Assembly: GCF_003018255.1 (NCBI RefSeq)
Contig: NZ_CP027440.1
Direction: 5' to 3' (one strand)
Length of the DNA: 64,000 nt
DNA from: Escherichia coli
GTDB lineage: Bacteria > Pseudomonadota > Gammaproteobacteria > Enterobacterales > Enterobacteriaceae
Part shown: one piece after another, positions 1 through 11,467 of the stretch
How positions within the stretch are numbered: the first letter of the stretch is position 1
How the letters are laid out: the number at the start of each line of letters is the position of its first letter
The notes under the pieces: model-generated
Database searches by the model: none
The model's input: the letters and a program-made list of their open reading frames with translations, nothing else
What the model was told of the DNA's origin: nothing
Made by a program: the position numbers and the translations under genes

Positions 1-44
1 CTACGGTTTAAAAGATAACGATTACTGAAGGATGGACAGAACAC

Positions 45-1211
45 ATGAACTTACATGAATATCAGGCAAAACAACTTTTTGCCCGCTATGGCTTACCAGC
101 ACCGGTGGGTTATGCCTGTACTACTCCGCGCGAAGCAGAAGAAGCCGCTTCAAAAATCGGTGCCGGTCCGTGGGTAGTGAAATGTCAGGTTCACGCTGGT
201 GGCCGCGGTAAAGCGGGCGGTGTGAAAGTGGTAAACAGCAAAGAAGACATCCGTGCTTTTGCAGAAAACTGGCTGGGCAAGCGTCTGGTAACGTATCAAA
301 CAGATGCCAATGGCCAACCGGTTAACCAGATTCTGGTTGAAGCAGCGACCGATATCGCTAAAGAGCTGTATCTCGGTGCCGTTGTAGACCGTAGTTCACG
401 TCGCGTGGTCTTTATGGCCTCCACCGAAGGCGGCGTGGAAATCGAAAAAGTGGCGGAAGAAACTCCGCACCTGATCCACAAAGTTGCGCTTGATCCGCTG
501 ACTGGCCCGATGCCGTATCAGGGACGCGAGCTGGCGTTCAAACTGGGTCTGGAAGGTAAACTGGTTCAGCAGTTCACCAAAATCTTCATGGGCCTGGCGA
601 CCATTTTCCTGGAGCGCGACCTGGCGCTGATCGAAATCAACCCGCTGGTCATCACCAAACAGGGCGATCTGATTTGCCTCGACGGCAAACTGGGCGCTGA
701 CGGCAACGCATTGTTCCGCCAGCCTGATCTGCGCGAAATGCGTGACCAGTCGCAGGAAGATCCGCGTGAAGCACAGGCTGCACAGTGGGAACTGAACTAC
801 GTTGCGCTGGACGGTAACATCGGTTGTATGGTTAACGGCGCAGGCCTGGCGATGGGCACCATGGACATCGTTAAACTGCACGGCGGCGAACCAGCTAACT
901 TCCTGGACGTTGGCGGCGGCGCAACCAAAGAACGTGTAACCGAAGCGTTCAAAATCATCCTCTCTGACGACAAAGTGAAAGCCGTTCTGGTTAACATCTT
1001 CGGCGGTATCGTTCGTTGCGACCTGATCGCTGACGGTATCATCGGCGCGGTAGCGGAAGTGGGTGTTAACGTACCGGTCGTGGTACGTCTGGAAGGTAAC
1101 AACGCCGAACTCGGCGCGAAGAAACTGGCTGACAGCGGCCTGAATATTATTGCAGCAAAAGGTCTGACGGATGCAGCTCAGCAGGTTGTTGCCGCAGTGG
1201 AGGGGAAATAA
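45..1211 (+). CDS. sucC: succinyl-CoA synthetase beta subunit
   Basis: 388-aa ORF starting [21 protein letters not shown]-grasp fold, matches remembered E. coli SucC; stop overlaps sucD start by 1 nt. Confidence 0.96.
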
Positions 1212-2080
1212 TGTCCATTTTAATTGATAAAAACACCAAGGTTATCTGCCAGGGCTTTACCGGTAGCCAGGGGACTTTCCACTCAGAACAGGCCATTGCA
1301 TACGGCACTAAAATGGTTGGCGGCGTAACCCCAGGTAAAGGCGGCACCACCCACCTCGGCCTGCCGGTGTTCAACACCGTGCGTGAAGCTGTTGCTGCTA
1401 CTGGCGCTACCGCTTCTGTTATCTACGTACCAGCACCGTTCTGCAAAGACTCCATTCTGGAAGCTATTGATGCAGGCATCAAACTAATTATCACCATCAC
1501 TGAAGGCATCCCGACGCTGGATATGCTGACCGTGAAAGTGAAACTGGATGAAGCAGGCGTTCGTATGATCGGCCCGAACTGCCCAGGCGTTATCACTCCG
1601 GGTGAATGCAAAATCGGTATCCAGCCGGGTCACATTCACAAACCGGGTAAAGTGGGTATCGTTTCCCGTTCCGGTACACTGACCTATGAAGCGGTTAAAC
1701 AGACCACGGATTACGGTTTCGGTCAGTCGACCTGTGTCGGTATCGGCGGTGACCCGATCCCTGGCTCTAACTTTATCGACATCCTCGAAATGTTCGAAAA
1801 AGATCCGCAGACCGAAGCGATCGTGATGATCGGTGAGATCGGCGGTAGCGCTGAAGAAGAAGCGGCTGCGTACATCAAAGAGCACGTTACCAAGCCTGTT
1901 GTGGGTTACATCGCTGGTGTGACTGCGCCGAAAGGCAAACGTATGGGCCACGCGGGTGCGATCATTGCCGGTGGGAAAGGGACTGCGGATGAGAAATTCG
2001 CTGCTCTGGAAGCCGCAGGCGTGAAAACCGTTCGCAGCCTGGCGGATATCGGTGAAGCACTGAAAACTGTTCTGAAATAA
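1211..2080 (+). CDS. sucD: succinyl-CoA synthetase alpha subunit
   Basis: 289-aa [27 protein letters not shown], CoA-binding alpha subunit; translationally coupled to sucC. Confidence 0.96.
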
Positions 2081-2180
2081 ATATCTGTAATAAGAAATAG
2101 CCCTCGCCGCTTCCTTCTACAGGAATGGCGAAGGGCTGTCGGTTTCGACATGGTTGGCCATCATATGATGGCCTTTTTTG
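2081..2180 (+). ncRNA. sdhX: sucD 3' UTR, likely source of the 3'UTR-derived sRNA SdhX, ending at an intrinsic terminator
   Basis: Position immediately downstream of sucD, ending in hairpin plus T-run; sRNA identity is from recollection of K-12, not sequence-verified. Confidence 0.4.
2156..2180. terminator. intrinsic terminator between convergent sucD and mngR
   Basis: Stem ggcca / tggcc around loop tcatatga, followed by tttttt. Confidence 0.7.
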
Positions 2181-2183
2181 TGC

Positions 2184-2906
2184 TTATCGCGATGATTTTC
2201 GCTGCGCTATCAGGGTAAATTTATAGTCATCGGTATTAAAAGCGTTGCGGCTATATTCAAACACCCGGCCATCAACTAAATATCCACGCGATACTTTTTC
2301 AAGAATCGGCTTAGTCTGGCTGATATTAAGCAGACGGCTCATTTCTTCGGTTGGCATCAGAGGAATGATTTCCTGTTCGCTACGATCGATAACCATTTTC
2401 TTCACTTCTTCAATAAAGTGATATTTCGAATTTTCCATGACCTGCCAGGTGAGATCCGGGAACAACGCAAGCGGCATCCAGGTTTCTTCCAGCGCCATTG
2501 GCTTTTGCTTGCGATAGCGCACGCGCTTCACATGCCACACACGATCCTGCGCGGTGATTTGTAGCTGTTGCTGAAGAAAATCGTCAGCCGGAATCACTTC
2601 GAATATCAGAACTTCACTGTGTGTATCGACGTGACGGTCCGTCAGTTTTTCATCAAAACTGGTTAACTGAAAAATATCGTAATTGACCCGCTCTTCTTTT
2701 ACGTAAGTCCCGCTGCCCTGAATGCTTTCGAGGATCTGCTGTTCAACTAACTGGCGCAAAGCCTGACGCACCGTAACCCGGCTGACGCCAAACTCTGTTT
2801 GTAGCGCTGATTCAGTGGGTAACGCATCGCCAGGTTTAAGCTCGCCACGCGCAATTTGCTCACGAATGCGATCAGCAATCTGTCGGTATAAGGGTTTCCG
2901 TCCCAT
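2184..2906 (-). CDS. mngR: GntR-family repressor of the mannosyl-glycerate operon
   Basis: 240-aa ORF MGRKPLYRQIADRIREQIARGEL with N-terminal GntR helix-turn-helix; divergent from mngA. Confidence 0.94.
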   Translation of the reverse strand: MGRKPLYRQIADRIREQIARGELKPGDALPTESALQTEFGVSRVTVRQALRQLVEQQILESIQGSGTYVKEERVNYDIFQLTSFDEKLTDRHVDTHSEVLIFEVIPADDFLQQQLQITAQDRVWHVKRVRYRKQKPMALEETWMPLALFPDLTWQVMENSKYHFIEEVKKMVIDRSEQEIIPLMPTEEMSRLLNISQTKPILEKVSRGYLVDGRVFEYSRNAFNTDDYKFTLIAQRKSSR

Positions 2907-3015
2907 GATTTAGCATCTCATTAATACGAATTTAGCCATTATGCCCGATAAATTCATCCTGTAAATAATACAAATACAATACAAATAATTTCAATCAAGT
3001 GAAATTGATCACATA

Positions 3016-4992
3016 ATGGTATTGTTTTATCGGGCACACTGGCGCGACTATAAAAACGATCAAGTGAGGATCATGATGAACCTGACGACTCTGACCCACC
3101 GCGATGCGTTGTGTCTGAATGCGCGCTTTACCAGCCGTGAAGAGGCCATCCACGCGTTGACTCAACGTCTTGCTGCTCTGGGGAAAATTTCCAGTACTGA
3201 GCAATTTCTGAAAGAAGTGTATCGCCGTGAAAGCCTTGGCCCGACCGCCTTAGGTGAAGGGCTGGCTGTGCCGCATGGCAAAACTGCTGCGGTAAAAGAA
3301 GCGGCGTTTGCGGTCGCCACACTCAGCGAGCCGCTTCAGTGGGAAGGCGTGGATGGCCCGGAAGCGGTTGATTTAGTGGTGTTGCTGGCGATTCCCCCCA
3401 ATGAAGCGGGTACTACGCACATGCAACTGCTGACAGCGCTGACCACGCGCCTGGCGGATGATGAGATACGGGCGCGTATACAGTCGGCGACGACGCCTGA
3501 TGAATTGCTCTCGGCGCTGGATGACAAGGGAGGCACGCAACCCTCAGCTTCTTTTTCCAACGCGCCAACTATCGTCTGCGTAACGGCCTGCCCGGCGGGT
3601 ATTGCTCACACCTATATGGCTGCGGAGTATCTGGAAAAAGCCGGACGCAAACTCGGCGTGAATGTCTACGTTGAAAAGCAAGGTGCTAACGGCATTGAAG
3701 GGCGTTTAACGGCAGAGCAACTCAATAGTGCAACCGCCTGTATTTTTGCGGCTGAAGTCGCCATCAAGGAGAGTGAGCGTTTTAACGGCATTCCCGCGCT
3801 TTCTGTGCCTGTTGCCGAGCCGATTCGCCATGCAGAAGCGTTGATCCAACAAGCGCTTAACCTCAAGCGTAGCGATGAGACGCGTACCGTACAGCAAGAT
3901 ACGCAACCGGTGAAAAGCCTCAAAACGGAGCTAAAACAGGCACTGTTGAGCGGGATCTCTTTTGCAGTGCCGTTGATTGTCGCGGGGGGCACGGTGCTGG
4001 CGGTTGCGGTATTACTGTCGCAAATCTTCGGGCTACAAGATTTGTTTAATGAAGAAAACTCCTGGCTGTGGATGTACCGCAAACTGGGCGGAGGGCTGCT
4101 CGGGATTTTGATGGTACCGGTGCTGGCAGCCTACACCGCCTATTCACTGGCTGATAAACCGGCGTTAGCGCCAGGCTTTGCGGCTGGACTTGCCGCCAAC
4201 ATGATCGGTTCCGGGTTTCTCGGTGCTGTCGTTGGCGGATTGATAGCCGGTTATCTGATGCGCTGGGTGAAAAATCACTTGCGTCTTAGCAGTAAATTCA
4301 ATGGATTCCTGACTTTTTATCTCTACCCGGTGCTCGGTACGTTGGGAGCGGGCAGTCTGATGCTGTTTGTGGTGGGGGAACCTGTCGCCTGGATCAATAA
4401 CTCGCTTACCGCCTGGCTGAACGGTCTGTCAGGAAGTAACGCGCTGTTGCTGGGTGCCATTCTCGGTTTTATGTGTTCCTTTGACCTTGGAGGGCCAGTG
4501 AACAAAGCCGCTTATGCATTCTGCCTGGGCGCAATGGCGAACGGCGTTTACGGCCCGTATGCCATTTTCGCCTCCGTCAAAATGGTTTCGGCATTTACCG
4601 TAACCGCTTCCACGATGCTCGCACCGCGCCTGTTTAAAGAGTTTGAAATTGAGACCGGGAAATCCACCTGGCTGTTAGGGCTGGCAGGTATTACCGAAGG
4701 GGCGATCCCGATGGCGATTGAAGATCCGCTGCGGGTTATTGGTTCGTTTGTGCTGGGCTCTATGGTAACGGGCGCTATCGTCGGCGCGATGAATATCGGC
4801 CTTTCGACACCCGGTGCCGGCATTTTCTCGCTCTTTTTACTTCATGATAATGGCGCGGGCGGTGTTATGGCGGCAATTGGCTGGTTTGGTGCGGCATTGG
4901 TGGGGGCTGCAATCTCGACTGCAATTCTTCTGATCTGGCGGCGTCACGCGGTTAAGCATGGCAACTATCTGACTGATGGCGTAATGCCATAA
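3016..4992 (+). CDS. mngA: PTS 2-O-alpha-mannosyl-D-glycerate-specific EIIABC
   Basis: 658-aa ORF with EIIA/EIIB region followed by polytopic membrane domain; length equals K-12 MngA as I recall; alternative start at ATG 3073. Confidence 0.92.
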   Translation: MVLFYRAHWRDYKNDQVRIMMNLTTLTHRDALCLNARFTSREEAIHALTQRLAALGKISSTEQFLKEVYRRESLGPTALGEGLAVPHGKTAAVKEAAFAVATLSEPLQWEGVDGPEAVDLVVLLAIPPNEAGTTHMQLLTALTTRLADDEIRARIQSATTPDELLSALDDKGGTQPSASFSNAPTIVCVTACPAGIAHTYMAAEYLEKAGRKLGVNVYVEKQGANGIEGRLTAEQLNSATACIFAAEVAIKESERFNGIPALSVPVAEPIRHAEALIQQALNLKRSDETRTVQQDTQPVKSLKTELKQALLSGISFAVPLIVAGGTVLAVAVLLSQIFGLQDLFNEENSWLWMYRKLGGGLLGILMVPVLAAYTAYSLADKPALAPGFAAGLAANMIGSGFLGAVVGGLIAGYLMRWVKNHLRLSSKFNGFLTFYLYPVLGTLGAGSLMLFVVGEPVAWINNSLTAWLNGLSGSNALLLGAILGFMCSFDLGGPVNKAAYAFCLGAMANGVYGPYAIFASVKMVSAFTVTASTMLAPRLFKEFEIETGKSTWLLGLAGITEGAIPMAIEDPLRVIGSFVLGSMVTGAIVGAMNIGLSTPGAGIFSLFLLHDNGAGGVMAAIGWFGAALVGAAISTAILLIWRRHAVKHGNYLTDGVMP

Positions 4993-5009
4993 ACAAAAAG
5001 GAAACGACG

Positions 5010-7643
5010 ATGAAAGCGGTATCTCGCGTTCACATCACCCCGCATATGCACTGGGATCGGGAGTGGTATTTCACCACCGAAGAGTCACGCATTCTGCTGG
5101 TCAATAATATGGAAGAGATCCTGTGCCGACTGGAACAGGACAACGAATACAAATATTACGTACTCGACGGGCAAACGGCGATCCTCGAAGATTATTTCGC
5201 GGTGAAACCGGAAAACAAAGACCGTGTGAAGAAACAGGTAGAAGCAGGCAAGTTGATTATCGGCCCCTGGTATACCCAGACCGATACCACGATTGTTTCT
5301 GCGGAATCCATCGTCCGTAATCTGATGTACGGAATGCGTGACTGCCTCACGTTTGGCGAGCCGATGAAAATAGGTTATTTACCAGATTCCTTTGGCATGT
5401 CCGGGCAACTGCCGCATATTTACAATGGATTTGGCATTACCCGCACCATGTTCTGGCGCGGATGTTCTGAGCGCCACGGTACTGATAAAACCGAGTTTTT
5501 GTGGCAAAGCAGTGACGGTAGCGAAGTGACGGCGCAGGTGCTGCCGCTGGGCTACGCCATCGGTAAGTACTTACCTGCCGACGAAGACGGATTACGCAAA
5601 CGCCTCGACAGTTATTTTGATGTGCTGGAAAAAGCGTCAGTAACCAAAGAGATTTTGCTGCCGAATGGTCATGACCAGATGCCATTGCAGCAAAATATCT
5701 TCGAAGTGATGGATAAGCTACGTGAGATCTACCCTCAACGTAAGTTTGTGATGAGCCGCTTTGAAGAGGTATTTGAGAAGATCGAAGCGCAGCGAGATAA
5801 TCTGGCAACCCTGAAAGGGGAATTTATTGATGGCAAATATATGCGCGTGCATCGCACCATCGGTTCTACGCGTATGGATATCAAAATTGCCCACGCGCGT
5901 ATTGAAAATAAGATTGTTAATCTGCTGGAACCGCTGGCAACGCTGGCCTGGACGTTGGGTTTTGAATACCACCACGGCTTGCTGGAGAAATTGTGGAAAG
6001 AAATTTTAAAAAACCACGCCCATGACAGCATCGGCTGCTGCTGTAGTGACAAAGTTCATCGCGAGATTGTCGCCCGTTTCGAACTGGCAGAAGACATGGC
6101 GGATAATCTGCTGCGTTTCTATATGCGTAAAATTGCCGATAACATGCCACAGAGTGATGCCGACAAACTTGTGCTGTTTAACCTGATGCCCTGGCCGCGG
6201 GAAGAAGTGATCAACACCACTGTGCGGCTGCGCGCCAGCCAGTTTAATTTGCGGGACGATCGCGGTCAGCCTGTACCGTATTTTATTCGCCATGCCCGTG
6301 AGATCGATCCTGGCCTAATCGATCGGCAAATCGTTCATTACGGTAATTATGATCCCTTTATGGAGTTTGATATTCAGATCAACCAGATTGTCCCTTCTAT
6401 GGGCTATCGCACGCTTTATATCGAAGCGAATCAGCCTGGCAACGTGATTGCGGCAAAAAGTGACGCTGAAGGGATACTGGAAAATGCTTTCTGGCAAATT
6501 GCGCTCAATGAGGATGGAACGCTACAACTGGTAGATAAAGACAGCGGTGTGCGCTATGACCGGGTGTTGCAAATTGAAGAAAGCTCTGATGATGGTGATG
6601 AATATGACTATTCACCCGCAAAAGAAGAGTGGGTAATTACTTCGGCGAACGCGAAACCGCAATGCGAGATTACTCATGAGGCCTGGCAGAGTAGGGCTGT
6701 TATCCGCTATGACATGGCGGTGCCGCGTAATCTGCATGAACGCAGCGCAAGACAATCCACTGGCAGAGTAGGGGTGGAGTTGGCTGTCACTCTGAGTGAT
6801 AACAGCAGGCGCATTGATGTGGATATCAACCTTGATAACCAGGCTGACGATCATCGCCTTCGCGTCCTGGTCCCTACACCTTTTAACACCGACAGTGTTC
6901 TGGCCGATACCCAGTTTGGTTCGCTAACGCGCCCCGTGAACGACAGTGCAATGAACAACTGGCAGCAAGAAGGCTGGAAAGAAGCGCCGGTTCCGGTATG
7001 GAATATGCTCAACTATGCTGCCTTACAGGAAGGGCGTAACGGTCTGGCTGTCTTTAGCGAAGGGCTACGTGAATATGAAGTCATCGGTGAAGAGAAGAAA
7101 ACCTTTGCCATTACGTTGCTGCGTGGCGTGGGCTTACTGGGGAAAGAAGATCTGCTTTTAAGGCCTGGACGTCCTTCAGGAATAAAAATGCCGGTGCCCG
7201 ATTCACAATTACGTGGCTCCTTTAGCTGCCGTCTGAGCTTATTTAGTTATACAGGTACGCCTTCGACCGCCGGTGTAGCCCAGCAGGCGCGCGCATGGCT
7301 GACGCCAGTACAGTGTTACAACAAAATCCCGTGGGATGCGATGAAGTTAAATAAAGCCGGATTCAATGTGCCGGAAAGCTATAGCTTGCTGAAAATGCCC
7401 CCTGTGGGATGCCTGATTAGCGCTCTTAAAAAAGCGGAAGACCGGCAAGAAGTGGTATTGCGACTGTTTAATCCGGCAGAATCGACAACCTGTGAGGCAA
7501 CTGTCGCGTTCAGTCGTGAGGTGATTTCATGTACGCAAACGATGATGGATGAAAGCATCAGCACAGCGGAAAGAGATAATTTAAAGGAACTGGGGGCATT
7601 TTTACCGGGGCAGTCACGGACATTTAGCTACCGCCTTGGCTGA
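5010..7643 (+). CDS. mngB: alpha-mannosidase (GH38)
   Basis: 877-aa [26 protein letters not shown]38 N-terminal signature; follows mngA by 18 nt. Confidence 0.94.
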   Translation: MKAVSRVHITPHMHWDREWYFTTEESRILLVNNMEEILCRLEQDNEYKYYVLDGQTAILEDYFAVKPENKDRVKKQVEAGKLIIGPWYTQTDTTIVSAESIVRNLMYGMRDCLTFGEPMKIGYLPDSFGMSGQLPHIYNGFGITRTMFWRGCSERHGTDKTEFLWQSSDGSEVTAQVLPLGYAIGKYLPADEDGLRKRLDSYFDVLEKASVTKEILLPNGHDQMPLQQNIFEVMDKLREIYPQRKFVMSRFEEVFEKIEAQRDNLATLKGEFIDGKYMRVHRTIGSTRMDIKIAHARIENKIVNLLEPLATLAWTLGFEYHHGLLEKLWKEILKNHAHDSIGCCCSDKVHREIVARFELAEDMADNLLRFYMRKIADNMPQSDADKLVLFNLMPWPREEVINTTVRLRASQFNLRDDRGQPVPYFIRHAREIDPGLIDRQIVHYGNYDPFMEFDIQINQIVPSMGYRTLYIEANQPGNVIAAKSDAEGILENAFWQIALNEDGTLQLVDKDSGVRYDRVLQIEESSDDGDEYDYSPAKEEWVITSANAKPQCEITHEAWQSRAVIRYDMAVPRNLHERSARQSTGRVGVELAVTLSDNSRRIDVDINLDNQADDHRLRVLVPTPFNTDSVLADTQFGSLTRPVNDSAMNNWQQEGWKEAPVPVWNMLNYAALQEGRNGLAVFSEGLREYEVIGEEKKTFAITLLRGVGLLGKEDLLLRPGRPSGIKMPVPDSQLRGSFSCRLSLFSYTGTPSTAGVAQQARAWLTPVQCYNKIPWDAMKLNKAGFNVPESYSLLKMPPVGCLISALKKAEDRQEVVLRLFNPAESTTCEATVAFSREVISCTQTMMDESISTAERDNLKELGAFLPGQSRTFSYRLG

Positions 7644-7787
7644 TTATTGCGCTAAAAGTGTATCTGAGGGGGGCAATAATTTCAGGCCATCTTCGGATGG
7701 CCTGAGATTGTTGATAAACAAGTTTGTTAGCTTACGCAGATACCAGATTTGACCTGCGTGAGAACCGCAGGCCATTTATCATTTCAG

Positions 7788-9185
7788 TTACCCCTTAAAC
7801 GTTAACCACGGTCGAAATCTGACCGCTGGCTGAATTAATCCGGCTTCTTGTTGGGCTTCGATAACCGGACCAATATCTTTATAAGCCGCTGGCGCTTCTT
7901 CAAAACGTCGTTCTTCGCGCAATGTGACGCATTGCCACGGCAGCGTTGACTCTTCAGTCGCGCGTGAGCGCATGGCCTGCCGACGCTGGCTGCGTCCTGC
8001 TCCGTGACTGCATGACCACAGCCACTCCGGGTTGCCGCAACCTACCGCAAGCCACGAATAATCGCCCATTGAACCGGGGATTAACGCCAGATTGCCCACT
8101 CGTGCCGGTGTTGCGCCTTTGCGATGAATATTCATTTCATGCTCGCGAAGGATGATGTTATGTGGCACATCCACCACCAGATGCGAATTGTCCTGATGAA
8201 AGAGATTGGCAAGACATACGCGCACCATTTCGGCAATTGTGACGCGATTTAACCATGCGTAACGCGCCGCCATTCCTATCGCTTGTAGATATTCCTCCGC
8301 CAGTCCGCCTGCCAGACCATATAACCCGCTTTGTGGATGTTTATGTCCGGTGGGCCATTCAGCACGGGCGCGATCCATCCAGCGTCTTCCGACGTAAAAG
8401 CCAACATCTCGCGATCCACTGTGGATCATCACCACAATATCGCCTGTTTTCAGCCCTTGTTGCCAGGCTACATGGCGATCAACCACGCTATCAACGACCT
8501 GAAGTTCAATAAAATGATTACCTGAACCCGGCGTACCCAGACAAGGATCGCGGAGTAATGCGCGGTCCGTTGCCTGCAGGGCGGGTGGGGCATAACGCGA
8601 ATGACTGTTATGCTCGTTAAGCCCAATGCAGCGGTCAATCTCTTGTACCATTCGGGGGATATTCGTGCGTATCCAGAGACCTTCTGATGGCAAGGTCGAC
8701 ACGCAATCTGCCGGTCCGCCATCAAAAAGCGCGGTGAACGCCTGTGCGGATAACGGAACATCGCGCTCATTTTGCAGTAGCACTTGCGTTAACCGCTGAG
8801 CGATGACGTCTTTATGCGCTTCGGCTTGCTCAAGTGTTAATCCGGTCGTCAGCAGCCGCATGCCACAAGAAATATCGGTGCCGATGGCGGCGGGAATGAC
8901 TAAATCCGGCGTTGAGGCCACCACCGCGCCAACGGGGACGCCATTGCCGGGATGAAAATCTGGCGTCGCGCACGTCTGGCGCACATAACCTGGGTGGTCT
9001 GGTAGCTTCACTTCTGCAAAATCAAGCAGTTGTGTTACTGCTTTTTCTTCCAGCGGCAGTTCGTCCGGCAGCAGTACGCGGGCACTGGCACCTGATGGAC
9101 GAGATAATGAAACAATATTGTTGGCGCGGGAAAGTTGGATCCCTTTGCGCAGAAAGGCTTTATCAAGCCTTGAAAGATGATGCAT
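7788..9185 (-). CDS. RtcB-family RNA 3'-phosphate ligase paralogue (orphan, no rtcA/rtcR/prfH neighbour)
   Basis: 465-aa ORF; blocks IPAAIGTDISCGM, GSGNHFIELQ, MIHSGSRDVG, ALIPGSMGDYS, CSHGAGRS and C-terminal AYKDIGPV...KG align by eye to E. coli RtcB; about 29-residue N-terminal extension; ATG at 9185. Confidence 0.85.
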   Translation of the reverse strand: MHHLSRLDKAFLRKGIQLSRANNIVSLSRPSGASARVLLPDELPLEEKAVTQLLDFAEVKLPDHPGYVRQTCATPDFHPGNGVPVGAVVASTPDLVIPAAIGTDISCGMRLLTTGLTLEQAEAHKDVIAQRLTQVLLQNERDVPLSAQAFTALFDGGPADCVSTLPSEGLWIRTNIPRMVQEIDRCIGLNEHNSHSRYAPPALQATDRALLRDPCLGTPGSGNHFIELQVVDSVVDRHVAWQQGLKTGDIVVMIHSGSRDVGFYVGRRWMDRARAEWPTGHKHPQSGLYGLAGGLAEEYLQAIGMAARYAWLNRVTIAEMVRVCLANLFHQDNSHLVVDVPHNIILREHEMNIHRKGATPARVGNLALIPGSMGDYSWLAVGCGNPEWLWSCSHGAGRSQRRQAMRSRATEESTLPWQCVTLREERRFEEAPAAYKDIGPVIEAQQEAGLIQPAVRFRPWLTFKG

Positions 9186-9436
9186 AACGCTGTCCTGAAA
9201 TATAGACGTTAAACAACCCCCTGTATGGCGAGGGTAATTTTGTCTTTCCGGTCAGCAGCCAGCAAAAGGGAAAGAAAACGCGCGTAGTGTATGTGGCGAT
9301 AGCAAGTGTTACAAGTGGTAAATCTGGCTTATTGTTAAAGAGGAATTATCTTTTGTGAAGTCTTTTAAGGCCATGACTCATTCAATTTAACCGGACATAG
9401 ATAATATATAACATAGGGTATCTAAATTTATCATTG

Positions 9437-9575
9437 TATACTTGTCATAATTCAAGTTGCATGTGCTGCATCGATGTTCGCTCACCCAGGTCACTTACTT
9501 ATGTAAGCTTCTGGAAATTCATTATTTGTTCCCTTCCTGCAACTTGACTTATTTAGAGTATATTCATGTATACAC
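9437..9575. repeat. ERIC (IRU) repetitive element
   Basis: Contains cgctcaccc.ggtcacttacttatgtaagct (reverse complement of the ERIC2/ERIC1R primer regions) with inverted termini tgtatac...gtataca; near-identical to the copy at 46501-46630. Confidence 0.8.
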
Positions 9576-10060
9576 ATCGAGATTTCAGCCAGCAGACGCG
9601 CATCTGGCGTGCCGTGGCGGATCTGTAGCGGTTTTTGCAGAGTTTCGGTGAGGCGACGGCAAGCTGCAACGCCGTGGTTAACGACCGGTAAACCGTTCAG
9701 TTTAGAGGTTCCGGCTTCGATGGATTTTTTAATCCCTACAGCCGCTTCTTCGTACCGATTCAGACGGGTATATGCATCGATGGTGCTCGGCAGCAGATCG
9801 CACTCTTCTTGTAGTGTTTTCAGTAGTTCGATGTGTTCGTCCATCAGCGCCACACCTGCGCGCGGTTGGCTAAGGGTTTTACCTTCCTTGTCTGCTTTCA
9901 ACAGCGCAAGAGAGAAGCGTTTATGCTCAGGAATGGTTTGTTGGTATTTAACGCCATCTTCAAAGTTTTCAACATCCTTGCCGGTTTCCCAGGTTTTCAG
10001 TACCTGTTGCCGCTCGGTCATGAATTCGTCATGGGTTAATTTCTTATTTCGAAGTTCCAT
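9491..10060 (-). pseudogene. glmE: glutamate mutase E subunit (methylaspartate mutase epsilon), truncated
   Basis: First about 160 aa ([50 protein letters not shown]) match GlmE/MutE; homology ends near 9580 where the frame runs into the ERIC element and stops; full-length GlmE is about 480 aa. Confidence 0.75.
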
Positions 10061-10078
10061 TGATTGCAGCCTTAATTG

Positions 10079-11467
10079 TTATAGGGTTAAGCATTGAATA
10101 CTGGTGCGCGCGGCGGCCAGCGGATCGACTCTGGCGACGTTTGCCAGCAGTGGTAATAGCCCCCGGGAATCGCGGTAATATTCAAATTCGGTCGGTAAGA
10201 GAATGCGTTTACCGTCGTCGTTTAACTCGCGGTATTTCAACCAGTGATGCATATCGAACTGACTGGCACGCGAGAGCCATCCGCCGGATCCGACGACTTT
10301 ACGCACGGTTGTCAGGTCACGTCCCATCTGTAAATCGACATTGCCGACGCAGGTGCAGACCTCTTTTTTGGTGCCCGCATGTCTTTCGGTGGCATAACCC
10401 ACACACAGTCCGGCCAGGACGGTATCGAAATATTTTTCTTCTGCATTCGCGGGTAAGTAGTCGGGATGAGCGACTAGATGACGGAGGTAATGATAAAAAG
10501 CGTCCAGCTGTGCGGGTTGCTGAGCAAAATTCACATTGACTAACTCTTTCGCACTTTCACCAACCACCATTGCCGAGACGCGCATTCCCAGATCTCCTTC
10601 CACCGTCCGTTTTACGAAGGGTTCCGGTACGCCATGTAAAACAGTGTCGGGCGAGAGCGTGTTGGCACTGGCGGAATAGACATCGGTGGTTGCGCCACCC
10701 ATGTCGATCAGCATGAACTCTTTCCAGCTGTGATCGACATTACTGATTGCCTTAACCAGTTCAAAGACTGTCCACGGTGTCGGCATTGGTTCTTCGCCTG
10801 TTTTATCAACAACGACATCCAGCCCTTTCCCTTTAACGATGCGTTTAAGGAATATGTCGCAGATAGCCTGGCGTGCAGCTAAAGGGTTCGGATGGTCAAG
10901 ATCGGGCAGAACGTTGTCGACGATGGTCAGGTCTTTATGCCCGAGGATCTCCTGCACCTCGTCCTGAATATCCCGGTTTCCGGCATAAATAATGGCGCAG
11001 TCGAGTTTGGATTCTGCCAACACACGGGCGTTATTCAGTCCGTAGCTTTCTTCTCCGCCATCGGTGCCGCCGGTGAACAAGAGAATATCGGGCTGCGTTT
11101 CTTCCAGTGCCTGGATATCACGGCGGTTCAGCTTGTAGGCGTAAGATTGCGCAATTTTAGCACCCGCAGAGTGAGCGGTTACTTTCGCGGTTTCCAGGGT
11201 GATAGAAGGCACCAATCCCATTGCGGCAACCGCCAGCCCACCTTTGGCAGAGGAGGAATACTTCAATGCAACCTCACCACTGTTTAACAGGGGGAGGGCA
11301 TCATCTACGTTTAACACCTGGTCCAGGCTGGAGAAAAACCCCTTCGCCAGATGATGGGTGGTGGTTGGGGTCAGTACGTGGTTAACCAACGTTAACGCGT
11401 CCCCCTCCCGGGCGAAGAGGGCTGCTTTGGTCCACGTCGATCCAATATCGACAGAGACGATTTGCAT
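10079..11467 (-). CDS. glmL: glutamate mutase accessory protein GlmL/MutL (actin/Hsp70-like fold)
   Basis: 462-aa [21 protein letters not shown], between glmS and glmE as in clostridial mut operons; start overlaps glmS stop. Confidence 0.75.
   Translation of the reverse strand: MQIVSVDIGSTWTKAALFAREGDALTLVNHVLTPTTTHHLAKGFFSSLDQVLNVDDALPLLNSGEVALKYSSSAKGGLAVAAMGLVPSITLETAKVTAHSAGAKIAQSYAYKLNRRDIQALEETQPDILLFTGGTDGGEESYGLNNARVLAESKLDCAIIYAGNRDIQDEVQEILGHKDLTIVDNVLPDLDHPNPLAARQAICDIFLKRIVKGKGLDVVVDKTGEEPMPTPWTVFELVKAISNVDHSWKEFMLIDMGGATTDVYSASANTLSPDTVLHGVPEPFVKRTVEGDLGMRVSAMVVGESAKELVNVNFAQQPAQLDAFYHYLRHLVAHPDYLPANAEEKYFDTVLAGLCVGYATERHAGTKKEVCTCVGNVDLQMGRDLTTVRKVVGSGGWLSRASQFDMHHWLKYRELNDDGKRILLPTEFEYYRDSRGLLPLLANVARVDPLAAARTSIQCLTL

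Noticed and set aside
396-881. Antisense ORFs inside well-supported genes (for example 396-881 in sucC, 15125-16063 and 16190-17470 in cydAB, 19939-20613 in tolA, 9609-10097 and 10892-11287 in glmE/glmL)
   Set aside because: They lie entirely within and opposite to longer ORFs with clear homology; typical shadow ORFs with biased composition (Ala/Arg/Ser-rich) and no ribosome-binding sites.
7788-9185. RtcB2-PrfH ribosome-rescue module
   Set aside because: The described module pairs the rtcB paralogue with prfH; nothing resembling a release-factor homologue lies on either side, only the mngB terminator and the ERIC/glmE remnant.
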